Assembly: GCA_963514005.1 (NCBI GenBank)
Contig: OY740789.1
Location: forward strand, 13,082,001 to 13,146,000
Source of the DNA: Raja brachyura
Lineage: Eukaryota
DNA length: 64,000 nucleotides
Direction of reading: 5' to 3'
The notes under the pieces were generated by a model that made no database searches, was not told the origin of the DNA, and saw nothing but the letters and a program-made list of their open reading frames with translations. This document shows, piece by piece, positions 50,901 through 59,700 of the stretch. The position numbers were made by a program, and so were the translations under genes. The first letter of the stretch is position 1. Every line of letters starts with the position of its first letter.

Positions 50901-52804
50901 AAGGACTGCTTGGGTTCCTGAAAGGAGTGGAGGGGGGAGGTAAAGGGACAAGTGTAGCATCTCTTGCGGTTGCAAGGGAAAGTGCCCGGGGAAGGGGTGG
51001 AGCAGGAGGGAAGGGTAGAATTGACAAGGGAGTTGCAGAGGGAACGGTCTTTGCGGAAGGCAGACGGGGGGGGGGGGGGGGAAGATGGGAAGATGTTGCG
51101 AGTGGTGGGGGTCACATTGGAGGTGGCGAAACTGGCGGAGGACTATGTGTTGTATGTGCCGGCTGGTGGGGTGAAAGGTGAGGACCAGGGGGACTCTGCC
51201 CTTGTTGCGAGTGGGGGAATGGGGAGAGAGGGCAGTGTTGCGGGGTATGGGGTGCAAGCCTCATCTATAGTGGGGGAGGGGAATCCACGTTCTCTGAAGA
51301 ATTAGGACATTTGTGATGACCTGGTGTGGAACACCTCATCCTGGGAGCAGATGCGGTGTAGACGGAGGAATTGGGAATAGGGGATGGAGTCCTTACAGGA
51401 AGCAGGGTGGGAGGAAGAGTAGTCCAGGTAGCTGTGGGAGTCAGTTGGTTGAATATTCAGTTGGTTGAATATAGTCCAACTTGTGCTCACAGACTTGTGG
51501 TCTCCTCAAATATATCCTCATTCATTTGTCTTTGCTACCATGAAAACAGAAAATCTGGGAGTCAAGCAGCATCTGTGAAGAAAAGCGGAGTTCACTTCTC
51601 TCTGCAGATGCCATTTGTTTGTTGAGTTTCTTCAGCATTTTCTGTTTATATTTCAGGTTTGTTGCTGTTTTTTGGCTTTTATGTTGTCTTGCAAGTCTTG
51701 CCCGCAGAGGACAATCATTTACAACTTCCGAGCCCTAGGATTGCCATATTGCAATGTTTACTGCCCATAAGGAAAGACAACCATACTCAAAGACCCCATC
51801 TGCTTTATCTTCTGAGGAACAGGCACAGTGGTCACACGTTGCCAAAAACCTATTCCAAAATATCAGAGACTACACTGAAGCACCGTTACTCCTTTGAGAG
51901 ATCACTCTGATCATCACCTGCAATGATGTCCTACGCAGCCTGTCCCCACTGGATTCCCTAGGAGCACTGTTGTATACCCCTCACATCACTGTAGCATACT
52001 GCCCAGTAGCTGTAAGTGTTGTAGGCACTGTAGTGTGTCCCCTCAAATGCTAGATTCAGAGACCACATTTGCTGGGTTGATTGTCAACGGCGACGATAAT
52101 CACAACACGTTAACTAACGGCAACACTACCAGTTTCAGTGTAGCGATACACAGGAAAGCCTTGCAAACAAAACCTTGTTCTGTGAATCTTGTAAATGAGG
52201 CTCTCAATTTTTATAAGAAAGAACTGCTGATGCTGTGTTTAAATCGAAGATAGACACCAGATGATGGAGTAACTCAGCGGGACCGGCAGCATCTCTGGAG
52301 AGAAGGAATGGGCGATGTTTCTGGACGAGACCCATCTTCAGACTGAAGAAGGGTCTCGACCCGAAACTTCACCCATTCATTCTCTCTGGACATGCTGCCG
52401 GCCCCGCTGAGTTACTCTCAATTTGTGCTATTCTCAATTTTTATAGGTCTTCTATTAGCAATATTAGAGCAACTCACAAATCTCCTTTACTACCATTAAT
52501 AGATTGCAATGAAACCTAGCTCAGGGTATCCATTGACAGTGCTATACCACAATTAGAGTAAAGTGCTTGGACTTTTAACAAGTAAAGTCAAACCGAAATT
52601 ACAGCAACTTCCTCCAGAAATACAGGGAACATCTTAAAATGCAGTGAAAGGACAATATTTGCATTCATGAAATGAACATAAAATCAGTTTCTTCATCATG
52701 CTTGATTGACAATCCCTTTAATAATGCTAAAAAACAGCTTAAGTGCTCAAATTTAGAAATCTACGGAAGGAATTCAAATTGCACTCACCAATGACGACAA
52801 TCAT
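2858..52804 (-). CDS. AREL1: AREL1, apoptosis-resistant HECT E3 ubiquitin ligase 1; spliced CDS of 18 exons, 2469 nt, 822 aa
   Basis: Hand-spliced exons give [25 protein letters not shown]...[14 protein letters not shown]...[11 protein letters not shown]...[40 protein letters not shown]. This is collinear with vertebrate AREL1 as I recall it. Every junction is phase-compatible. Confidence 0.97.
3290..4015 (+). mobile_element. Internally deleted Rex1/Babar-like LINE remnant
   Basis: Endonuclease-like TWLHEDIP...[10 protein letters not shown], short tandem repeats at 3425-3540, and a 3' end (aaattccttgt...ttggctaataaa) shared with the copy at ~9590. Confidence 0.55.
4168..4343 (-). CDS. AREL1: AREL1 exon VMKWFWTVV...LPTAHT(C), HECT C-lobe
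   Basis: cacag acceptor, gtgagt donor, 176 nt, [16 protein letters not shown] motif. Confidence 0.96.
5025..5123. mobile_element. Short fold-back Penelope-terminus-derived insertion
   Basis: 14-bp TSD caacatgaatctaa at 5011-5024 and 5124-5137. Confidence 0.7.
5329..5418 (-). CDS. AREL1: AREL1 exon [30 protein letters not shown]
   Basis: ttccag acceptor, 90 nt; donor is non-canonical AAG|GCAAGT. Confidence 0.93.
5775..5980. repeat. Degenerate minisatellite, unit about 39 bp, about 5 copies
   Basis: Recurring gggacattatcaattaggattaatagtcaaagtaataac-like unit. Confidence 0.7.
6214..6521. mobile_element. PIF/Harbinger-like MITE
   Basis: TIRs tgggcctgtccca...tgggacaggccca, preceded by TAA, CpG-rich and non-coding. 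Confidence 0.8.
7255..7542 (-). mobile_element. tRNA-derived V-SINE (HE1-like)
   Basis: tRNA-like head ggtggcgc..ggtagagttgctgcctcacagcgccagagacccgggttc and core tgtctgtac..gtttgtacgttctcc. Confidence 0.75.
8496..8803 (-). mobile_element. Penelope 3'-terminal fragment with a degenerate hammerhead-like core; resumes at about 9670-9890 after the LINE insertion
   Basis: Similar to the terminal module at 35990-36212. Confidence 0.65.
8808..9645 (+). mobile_element. 5'-truncated Rex1/Babar-like LINE (RT C-terminal part)
   Basis: ORF 8915-9514 ELIVDFRR...[13 protein letters not shown]...[10 protein letters not shown]...VWFG; tail aataaacttattc(att)n. Confidence 0.8.
10447..10653. mobile_element. 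Fold-back Penelope-terminus insertion with a partial hammerhead-like core
   Basis: Inverted arms; 18-bp TSD (1 mismatch) at 10429-10446 and 10654-10671. Confidence 0.75.
11091..11149 (-). CDS. AREL1: AREL1 exon (G)[19 protein letters not shown]
   Basis: cccctag acceptor, gtatgt donor, 59 nt, HECT F-x-x-x-E-L-E motif. Confidence 0.94.
11640..12197 (+). mobile_element. Degenerate Rex1-like LINE RT fragment
   Basis: [17 protein letters not shown] and [22 protein letters not shown] motifs in shifted frames. Confidence 0.7.
12198..12701. mobile_element. PIF/Harbinger-like MITE with TAA TSD
   Basis: TAA|aggggctgtcccactgcggcaacctaat...attaggtcgctgcagttggacagaccct|TAA, with internal gtcgaagg repeats. 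Confidence 0.82.
13290..13419 (-). CDS. AREL1: AREL1 exon [18 protein letters not shown]...EVEYFLK(G)
   Basis: tttcag acceptor, gtatga donor, 130 nt. Confidence 0.95.
15330..17425 (+). mobile_element. 5'-truncated, frameshifted L1/Tx1-like LINE (ORF2 RT to C-terminus, T-rich 3'UTR, A-rich tail)
   Basis: [62 protein letters not shown]; aataaa plus A-rich tail at 17389-17425. Confidence 0.88.
17850..18160 (+). mobile_element. CR1-like LINE 3' fragment
   Basis: gaatgagctgccggaggaggcagttgaagcagg...catttagacaagtacatg, typical of CR1 3' regions. Confidence 0.6.
18293..18418 (-). CDS. AREL1: AREL1 exon [42 protein letters not shown]
   Basis: Translated by hand (absent from the ORF track); tttcag acceptor, gtagag donor, 126 nt. 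Confidence 0.94.
18810..19095 (-). mobile_element. V-SINE (HE1-like), diverged
   Basis: Similar to the copy at 7255-7542. Confidence 0.65.
19651..19678 (-). ncRNA. Minimal type I hammerhead-ribozyme-like core, intact copy on the AREL1 sense strand
   Basis: Reverse complement reads CTGAAGA-A-GGGT(CTCG)ACCC-GAAA-C-GTC. Confidence 0.6.
20177..20204 (+). ncRNA. Minimal type I hammerhead-ribozyme-like core, intact copy
   Basis: ctgaagaagggtctcgacccgaaacgtc. Confidence 0.6.
20330..20509 (-). CDS. AREL1: AREL1 exon [21 protein letters not shown]...GLRMHYK
   Basis: ttcag acceptor, gtaatg donor, 180 nt. Confidence 0.96.
20735..21230 (-). mobile_element. CR1-like LINE fragments
   Basis: [32 protein letters not shown]1 ORF2 C-terminal motif. 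Confidence 0.65.
21698..21807 (-). CDS. AREL1: AREL1 exon (A)[36 protein letters not shown]
   Basis: HECT D-x-G-G-x-x-R-E-W-F motif; tttcag acceptor, gtaagt donor, 110 nt. Confidence 0.95.
23440..24230 (+). mobile_element. Highly degenerate Rex1-like LINE endonuclease region
   Basis: [10 protein letters not shown] and DHCCTTIK..Y...[13 protein letters not shown]-type motifs in shifted frames. Confidence 0.6.
25876..26175 (+). mobile_element. V-SINE (HE1-like), near full length; a partial copy lies at about 25505-25637
   Basis: ggtggcgcagcgg...gagacccgggatcaatccc head and gtctgcacggagtttgcacgtcttccccgtgacc core. Confidence 0.78.
26400..26475 (-). CDS. AREL1: AREL1 exon [25 protein letters not shown](A)
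   Basis: accag acceptor, gttagt donor, 76 nt. Confidence 0.94.
26788..26909 (-). CDS. AREL1: AREL1 exon (G)[40 protein letters not shown]
   Basis: Long polypyrimidine tract then ttcag acceptor, gtgggt donor, 122 nt. Confidence 0.95.
27898..28039 (-). CDS. AREL1: AREL1 exon [47 protein letters not shown](G)
   Basis: ctcag acceptor, gtaagg donor, 142 nt. Confidence 0.95.
28635..28712 (-). CDS. AREL1: AREL1 exon [26 protein letters not shown]
   Basis: ttctag acceptor, gtgggt donor, 78 nt. Confidence 0.95.
31330..31745 (+). mobile_element. CR1-like LINE 3' end
   Basis: [10 protein letters not shown]...[19 protein letters not shown]. Confidence 0.78.
34535..35885 (+). pseudogene. Penelope RT plus GIY-YIG endonuclease coding remnant
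   Basis: ORF 34535-35791 plus shifted C-terminus [24 protein letters not shown]. Confidence 0.85.
36120..36147 (+). ncRNA. Hammerhead-ribozyme-like core in the Penelope 3' terminal region
   Basis: ctgaagaagggtctcgacccgaaacgtc about 235 bp after the endonuclease stop, where PLE hammerheads are expected. Confidence 0.68.
40092..40615 (+). mobile_element. Second, shorter 3' fragment of the same L1/Tx1-like family
   Basis: Collinear with about 16860-17400 (aattatggcctgataatggcaaa...ggaattaaaccgatttacggac...aataaa). Confidence 0.85.
40708..41326. repeat. Nested inverted duplication: ~107-bp arms plus an internal perfect palindrome at 41131-41193
   Basis: 40708-40814 is the reverse complement of 41220-41326 with about 2 mismatches. 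Confidence 0.88.
41489..41733 (-). CDS. AREL1: AREL1 exon (E)[24 protein letters not shown]...[13 protein letters not shown]
   Basis: aatag acceptor, gtagga donor, 245 nt. Confidence 0.94.
42085..42558 (+). mobile_element. Penelope 3' fragment (endonuclease C-terminus plus terminal module, hammerhead-like core at 42466-42493)
   Basis: [16 protein letters not shown] in translation; ctgaagaagggtctcgacccgaaatgtc. Confidence 0.8.
42784..42858. repeat. Perfect palindrome with 37-bp arms and a 1-nt spacer, made of Penelope-terminus sequence
   Basis: gtagacaaaaatgctggagaaactcagcgggtgaggc-a-gcctcacccgctgagtttctccagcatttttgtctac. Confidence 0.92.
43154..43334 (-). CDS. AREL1: AREL1 exon [21 protein letters not shown]...[26 protein letters not shown]
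   Basis: Translated by hand; tttcag acceptor, gtaagt donor, 181 nt. Confidence 0.93.
43370..43672 (-). mobile_element. V-SINE (HE1-like)
   Basis: Same head and core as the other copies. Confidence 0.75.
44290..45665. mobile_element. Nested CR1-like LINE fragments: a plus-strand copy at about 44876-45418 inside an older minus-strand copy
   Basis: [43 protein letters not shown] (+); [11 protein letters not shown]...[16 protein letters not shown] (-). Confidence 0.82.
46268..46437 (-). CDS. AREL1: AREL1 exon (G)[37 protein letters not shown]...QIKE
   Basis: tttag acceptor, gtgagt donor, 170 nt. Confidence 0.95.
46545..46780 (-). mobile_element. Degenerate Penelope endonuclease 3' fragment
   Basis: [24 protein letters not shown]. 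Confidence 0.7.
47824..48061 (-). CDS. AREL1: AREL1 exon [18 protein letters not shown]...[11 protein letters not shown](G), filamin-like repeat
   Basis: tatag acceptor, gtaggt donor, 238 nt. Confidence 0.96.
48459..48533. repeat. Near-perfect hairpin: 33-bp arms (1 mismatch) and a 9-nt loop
   Basis: ccaaaattcacagcctgggcttaatggagactt-ttcataatt-aagtctccattaagcccaggctgggaattttgg. Confidence 0.9.
49764..49990 (-). CDS. AREL1: AREL1 exon (G)[22 protein letters not shown]...GRILTFRIH, including a hydrophobic segment
   Basis: tgcag acceptor, gtgcgt donor, 227 nt. Confidence 0.95.
50380..51454 (-). mobile_element. 5'-truncated Penelope copy of the same family as 32393-36212
   Basis: [46 protein letters not shown] region and terminal module. 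Confidence 0.9.
52216..52431. mobile_element. Fold-back insertion with back-to-back hammerhead-like cores, centred at 52342
   Basis: ...catcttcag-a-ctgaagaaggg...; 14-bp TSD tctcaatttttata at 52202-52215 and 52432-52445. Confidence 0.82.
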
Positions 52805-52860
52805 CAGGTCTCTTCTGGCAGTGCAAAATGTGATGCTAGAGGCAAAAAACACTGTTCCCA
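52789..52860 (-). CDS. AREL1: AREL1 exon (V)[23 protein letters not shown](G); the ATG equivalent to mammalian Met1 is at 52804-52802
   Basis: ttcccacag acceptor, gtgagt donor, 72 nt; RDLMIVVIG matches the RDLMFYVIG I recall from orthologues. Confidence 0.88.
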
Positions 52861-52968
52861 CTGTGGGAAAAAAGAGTCAGAATTAAGGACACAAACTTCC
52901 CTCAACTGGGGGTAAATGGAAAAGTGTGAATAGTTTTTTTCAAAATAAATTACAAAATGTTCACATAC

Positions 52969-53174
52969 CCATGGACCACTTTTCAATTCTGTGCCTTTGG
53001 GTCAAGTTATGAAAAAACCTAACCGTGCTCCCACTACACGTGTCCCCTCGAGGACCTTCCTTCCAAACTTGCGGTAATCAATGTAGAAGTAGCCCCAGTC
53101 GGTGAGTTTCCTGTGACTGGTCGCCAAACTGGAGCAGATCAGTTATGTTGCTGATGATTCCTAGCGATTTCAAA
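52969..53174 (-). pseudogene. AREL1: Disabled upstream AREL1 exon (formerly coding N-terminal extension, probably now 5'UTR)
   Basis: atacag acceptor, gtatgt donor, 206 nt. The entry/exit frame reads LKSLGIISNITDLLQF...LH*...HNLTQRHRIEKWSM with an internal TGA. The +1 frame reads DWGYFYIDYRKF. Confidence 0.7.
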
Positions 53175-54019
53175 CTGTATGGGGACAAGGAATTGGAAAG
53201 CTGATATATGACTGGTGTCAATTAAAAATGCAACCCATCTCAAACACTAATGCATTTATTAGAATGCTGAGGCTACAACAGCTTTGGCAGAGAGCAGGGA
53301 ATTAGCATACACTTTCTTAAGGTATTGTTAACTTCAACTTTAAACAAGGAAAAAAATGAATAATAAACTTTACAAGAACTATTATGTAGCATTTGGCAGA
53401 AGTGAATTGCAAAGCCAAATAAGGTGAATAAATCCATGATCTAAGCTTATGTTACGTATAGTTTTATTAAGTCTTAAGACATTGATCAGCTGCCTAGTAG
53501 AGTATTTGGAACTATGTTACACTATTCAAGAAGCAACTGGATTATGTTGTAGTGAGTAATGTGATAGCCAAACAAGAAAAAATGGTGAAGATAAGAAACC
53601 TTATCTTGCCAGTTGCTACCATGGCGGAAGAAGAAAAGTTAACTACACTGCAGAGTAATTATAGCTACATTGTCAACCTAGTAAAATTAATCCCCTCAGG
53701 TATTAAAGCAATGGGATGGTTCTGTTGTCATTTTGGGACAGATTAGGGATTGAGGGAAAGTTGACATTTGGAATAAAATTCTATCAAAATATTAGCCTAC
53801 GGATTGGGGAGATGGGGATTTAGGGTGTGGGAGGTGGTGAAATGGCAAATGAGTTTGGCCTTTTTGTCCGCTCCCTTTCTGCAAAGTATTGCCAGCATTA
53901 TTTGTTATAATTTTACAACTTAATGCATTTTTTTTTACCAGAATGCCCATTTCATCTAAGAATGTGACATATTCCCAGACGAGTCATTTTAAATTTTACC
54001 CTGGAGCCATTTATTAAAA

Positions 54020-54177
54020 CCAGGTAGACAAAAATGCTGGAGAAACTCAGCGGGTGAGGCAGCATCTATGGAGCGAAGGACTTGGTGATGTTTCGGGTCA
54101 AGACCCTTCTTCAGTCTGAGTTTCGCCCGCATTTTTGACTACTTTCGCTTTTCCAACATCTGCAGTTCCTTCTTAAA
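54020..54177. mobile_element. Fold-back Penelope-terminus insertion
   Basis: 12-bp TSD catttattaaaa at 54008-54019 and 54178-54189; minus-strand hammerhead-like core at about 54087-54114. Confidence 0.75.
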
Positions 54178-56208
54178 CATTTATTAAAATCAGAATCAGT
54201 GTAAACATCAACACAACTATACTGTTTTATTCTTAATGGTTTATATTTTATTCTCAATTGTTTACTGCATGTCATGTTGTTACTTGCGAGCAGAGCACCA
54301 GGGCAAATTTCTTGTATGTGTACATAATTGGCCTATAAACTTATTCATTCATTCAACTTTGACAAAAATATATTGTTACCCTATGAAAACTCGGTCTCGG
54401 TGACAAAGTAGTCAGAGTAATACAGCATGGAAACAGGCCCTTCGGCTGATTGAGTCCACACCAATCATCAACCAGATTTTGAAGAAATCTTGTTTATTCT
54501 CCATTAACACCCCCAGATTCTATTACTCACAAACACACTAGGGGCAATTTACAGTGGCCAATTAACATACCAACCAGCAGTACATCTTAGCAATGTGGAA
54601 GGAATATTGTTTACAATATTGTCCATTGAAACAGGAGCACCCAGAGGAAACCCACGCAGTCATCGGGGGAATGTGCAAACTTCTGCACAGGCAGCACCCA
54701 AGGCCAGGTGTGAGTCAGTGACTCTTCTAATGGCACCACTGTGTTTAGTTTCATTGATTATTTGCTGTGACAGTCCATGTAAAGTCAATGCCTTGGCTTG
54801 GATCCACAAAGCTTCCTTTGTTAAGATTCAACAATTTGTTTTACCTTTAAAAGGACTACAAACAATAATTGCAAGGTTATTACTGCATCACACACATATC
54901 AGATGTCACACAGGCTGAATTCATTCCTTATGTACTCTACATATCGCAGCTGAATACTTCCCTCAGACATCAATATAGAAATATTACAAATCAGGAGTGA
55001 GTAAGCCTTCAGATCCTCAAAGCTGCTCTGCCATTTAGGAAGATCACCACCACTGCTCAGATTGTGACTCAATTTCTACATTCCCACATGCCTGTGGAAG
55101 CATTTTACCTTTTTGTCAAGATTCTATCGATCTTTGCCTTAAATATATAGAAAAACCCTGGTTCCAGTTCTCAATGGGGAAGAGTTCCAAACACTGGAGA
55201 GAATAAAAACTGCTTTATCTCTGCCTTTGATGCGTAAGCCCTTAACTTCAAAAAGTTACCCTTAATTCTAGAATCTCCTGAAATAGAAAACATCTTTGCC
55301 ACATCCACCCAACCAATCCTTCAGCATACCATATCGTTCAAATGTTTCCCTATTAAAGTCCAGTGCATACACACCCAGCCTGTCTTACCTTACAAGACAA
55401 TTTGCCCATTTCAGATATTAGACCAGTAAACCTTCTCTGACACCTATTTTTTTTACATAAATCTTTTTGAAGATAGATTCTGACAATTATTGCGATCAAA
55501 TTCATTCATTTTCCCAAAAGTAAATGAAGAAACAGCTCAGCTAGAAAATGTGACATCAATAAAATTGTAATTACAGTCAATTATATCTGGTTAAAATAAA
55601 TCAGAAGTTGCATGCTGAAATATCAATTAGGGTTTGAAATAAAATCGGTAGATCTATTCTAGATCATGCCCAGTACTCGCCCCAACATCTTTCCACCTTG
55701 ATAGTGAGCTTTTACTAGATTGTGCAAATGGCTCACAAACCCAACACTTTGTGAATCTGGCAGAGGGAGAAAATAATTGTAAAACTTTGTTTGGAGACAC
55801 AAACGACTGCATATCCTGGAAACTTGAGCAAATAAAAACACAAACTGCTGGAGAATCCCAGCAGGTCAGGCAACATCTGTGGGCTGGACGGACAATGATT
55901 TGGATTGGGGCGCCACTTCAAGACTAAAATAGAGAGGAGATCGCTGGTAGAAAGAAAGAGGTGAGGGGAAGGGATGGAGGAAGAGTTGGCAAGTGATAGG
56001 TAAATCCAGATAAGGATGGGTAGATTGGCGGATGAGTCAGGTGGGGAGAGAAGGCTAGATAATTTTGCTTATGCTTCTTGTATGTTACTATTGGGATACA
56101 ATTTATAGATGAGCCCTCATTCCTAATAAGACTTGCTTTATCCAGCCACACCAGCATCATATATCCAAGAAAGGAAATTCAGCATTGTAATTTTCTTTTA
56201 AAACATAC

Positions 56209-56358
56209 ACGTGGTGATAATCTTCCAAACCCTGTGCACACAGCCACTTCTGCAGTGTTAACTTCTTTAACAGCCGGCGTTGGACAGCTTTTATCTCTTG
56301 AATCACACTGTCATCCACGGAATTTTCAAATATTAGCACTCCTCTAAACTATGCACAT
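56209..56358 (-). pseudogene. AREL1: Disabled upstream AREL1 exon: (D)VHSLEEC* then a shifted frame ...LQKWLCAQGLEDYHH(V)
   Basis: ttttatttgcag acceptor, gtatgt donor. 150 nt is incompatible with its entry and exit phases. WL-x-x-x-GLE-x-Y resembles a SAM-domain start. Confidence 0.68.
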
Positions 56359-56571
56359 CTGCAAATAAAAAAAGCAATGGGCTGAGTTTTTTCCTCTTGG
56401 AATAGAACCAGATCATCAATAGCAATACCAGTGAAATAAAGGCCCATATAATATATAATGCACAAAAACCCTGAAGGAAAAAGCAAAACAAACATTACAA
56501 TGCTAGATATCATAAATAAAAATAGAAAATGATGGAAACACTCAGCAGGTCCTGGCAACATGTTGCGGAGT

Positions 56572-56735
56572 GTCACCAGGGGGTCGCCTGTATGGTCGTG
56601 AGAGGTCTCCTAGTCACCCAAAGAGTCATAGCGTCTTTCTAGTTGCCCCTGAATTTTCAACAAGTTGAAAATTTTTGGAGACCTGTGACGGGTGCTGGCA
56701 GTCGCCGAAAAGGTCGCGCAAGTGGGACAGGCCCT
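56572..56735. mobile_element. Right half of a Harbinger-like MITE
   Basis: Ends aagtgggacaggccct-ttaa; interior matches about 6370-6520. Confidence 0.7.
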
Positions 56736-59700
56736 TTAACGTTCAGTTAAACCGAAGATAGGGGATCGAAGAGTAGAACAAAAAGGGGAAAACAACAAGA
56801 GTGCCAGAAAACGGGTACATCCGACAGTTGAAGTATAATAAATGTTATGTTTTACCAACAGCAGGGCTGTGGGACATGCCTATGTGGTTGAAAGAAAAAC
56901 GGAGTCAAGATCACAGATGTATGACAACAGAAAATATATTTTTCAGACAGAAAGTAAAAGTTACCTAAATTTGGGGAAATTGATATTGAAGGCTAGAAAA
57001 TTGGTCATTGCTCTTCAAGCTTGCAATGCGCTTTGTTGCGTTAGTGCAGGAGGGCATAGACAGATAGGTCAGTGTGGCACTGAGATGGAGAATCAAAATG
57101 GCTCACAACCAGAAGCTCCAGGTCACTTCTACAGACCCAATACGGGTGTATTGCAAAAATATCCTCCAATCTGCATTTGGTTCCTCCAAGGTGAACACTA
57201 AATGAAATACACTAAATTGGAAGACGTGTAAGTGATTTGTGTATTTTGTGTATTAACCAGCATCTGCAATTCCTCGTTTCCACAGAGGTACGAATGAATT
57301 GCTATTTCATCTGGAAAAACTGAGTCCTGAATGATGGAAAAATGTTAATGTTGCAGGTTGATATTTCATCAGAATTGAATGCATCGGAAAAATTACAAAC
57401 CAAAAAATTGACTATATGGTCTGGATCTTCATGAGAACACGCAATTTCATTGCACCCTGGTGTATATGACAATAACATAATCTAACCTAACCCTAACCAC
57501 TTTTTTTAGGAGAGTCATACAGCATGGAATCATGCCACTTAATCCGCCGAGTCCTCGCTGACCATCGATCATCATTCACACTAGTTCTATTATCTCACCG
57601 TCTCATCCAAATCACCGAGGCCAATTAAACTACAAACCTTTGAGATACGAGAACTCCACATGGACAGCACCCCAGGTCAGGATGGAACCTAGGTTTCTGG
57701 TACTGTAAAGCAGCAGCTCTACCAGCTGCACCATATATAGAGAGAGGGTTTAAGCTGAACTTACTTCTGACCCATTACTACATTTTCAAGATCCAGCGCA
57801 GCAGGCATAATGTTCTTATTGAAAAAGATATGAAGTGTTATCAAAAGTAGGTCAACGCTGACTTAATTTGATAAATCTACCTTGGGCATTAAATTGAAAT
57901 AATAACTGTAATTAACATTATTAAACATTAGTTACTGCTGTGAAAACTATCCCTGAACTATCGAAGTTAATGAATATGTACAAAGTTGTTACCGTCAAGT
58001 CGAGTTTATTGACATATGCACTAGTGCAGTGAGTTACAGTAAGCACAGGCACATAGACAACATTCAAAAACATAAAGTATACATAGATTACACACATTCT
58101 ACAAGTGTGAAAAGACCTCAAAAAATAAGACATTAGTACAAAACATTGATAAAATTGCTGGTAATGTTGATAAAAAAAATATTAAATTCAAATTGACCTG
58201 GAAGATCATCCTGCACATCCCGTTAAGGGTGTTTGATTCTATCTGTGTGGCATTTACATCCTCTTTACAACAAAAAGGAAGAATGACTGAACGTTATTGC
58301 CTTCCATCACAGTGATCACTGTGGTGGATGTTTATGCTAGATTGTATTGTGTGTTGTGTTCTTTTAATTGTATGGCTGCAAGATAACTCAAATATCATTG
58401 TACCTTAATTTGTGCATGGGGGGGGTGAGAGGCATTTGTTCCAAACATCAAAACGACCCCTCACTTTCACCCACCTATTACTTGCCATGCTTTGTCTTCA
58501 CTCTCCCCTATTCCAGCTTTCTTTACTCCTTCCATAGTCAGTCTCAATCCAAAACATCACCAATCCATGTTCTCCAGAGATGCTGCCTGACCCACTGAGT
58601 TACTCCAGCCCTTTGTATCCTTTTGCGTAATATTATTACTCATCCCATATCCTTGTCCAAGAAGTAATAGTCAAGCATCTCATATCTGCATTTGATTTTT
58701 ACATTCAGAACAGCTCATGGTGGACAGCCAGTCAAGTTGGATTATTTCATGTAAATATAAATTGGATTGCTTGGCATTATCAAACTATAGTGGCACAGAT
58801 CTTTAATGTAGGACAGTATTGAAATGGGGTCACTGTACTTTTTTTCAGAACTTTAGTTGCTTTTTATGTGATTTAAAATACTTCTAAAAACAAGGTCAAG
58901 AGGAGTTCTGAATGAGAAGGACATTGAACTCCCAAGAGTCAATTGCAAGATAAAAGCATTTCAAAAACTGATCCTTTGCCTTCTCATGCAAATGCCTCGA
59001 CAGTAAAAAAAAGTTACGATATAAAAGACACACCAACTGTTCACATGAATGGTCACAGAATGATTATAACAGTTAAACATTAAATAAAAACATTTCCTTT
59101 GTAACAATACACTTAGTTATCAAGGTACATTCCTACGAATGAGAATAATATTGGACTCAGTACTCAGTGGTGTCTTTTTAGCATTACAGATGCATTACTA
59201 ACAGCACCACTGTGCAAGGAAGCTGGTGTGAAACCCTGCCTCCTGCAAGCGCTCATACAGTTATGAAACAGTGATCTCATTACCACACACCACGGAACTG
59301 TGGCAACCTGCAGGAATAACAATGAGGGATGGAGCTGGTCAGATTGGATCCGCTGGTGGGCTGCTCATTGCTGGCATGTGGGGCTGACAGTATTCTGGCT
59401 GGCAGGGTGAACATAGGCCTTTCCTCAGTACTGGTATTTAACGGACTGCCCCGCTCCCTCGTCACCACCAAGGAAGCTGTGGGTTTCAGGTCTCTTTATT
59501 TGGCTACACAGTTGTCACACTCCAGAGATTTTGCTATGACAACAAGCCTGACAGCTAGCAGTGGAGAGGGCAGAGGTTTGTGCCAGCTCTCCAGTACAGC
59601 GGTGCATGGCCCAAGTGAATATCTTCAAATGGTTATGTGCCTATGAGTGTTCAGACTCCAGGACTAAGTGAAATATAATGAATCAGCTTTTTGCCGAGGT

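Noticed and set aside
50579-51181. 200-aa plus-strand ORF, and its counterpart at 35291-35863(-)
   Set aside because: Antisense frame of the Penelope endonuclease region; shared only because the two copies are homologous.
53078-53080. In-frame TGA as selenocysteine or programmed readthrough
   Set aside because: It lies in a segment whose homologous reading is another frame, the preceding exon is also disrupted, and I could not identify a SECIS element.
59280-59650. Repeat-free, moderately GC-rich segment with a 105-aa ORF
   Set aside because: No recognisable domain, splice context or family; cannot be supported without alignment.
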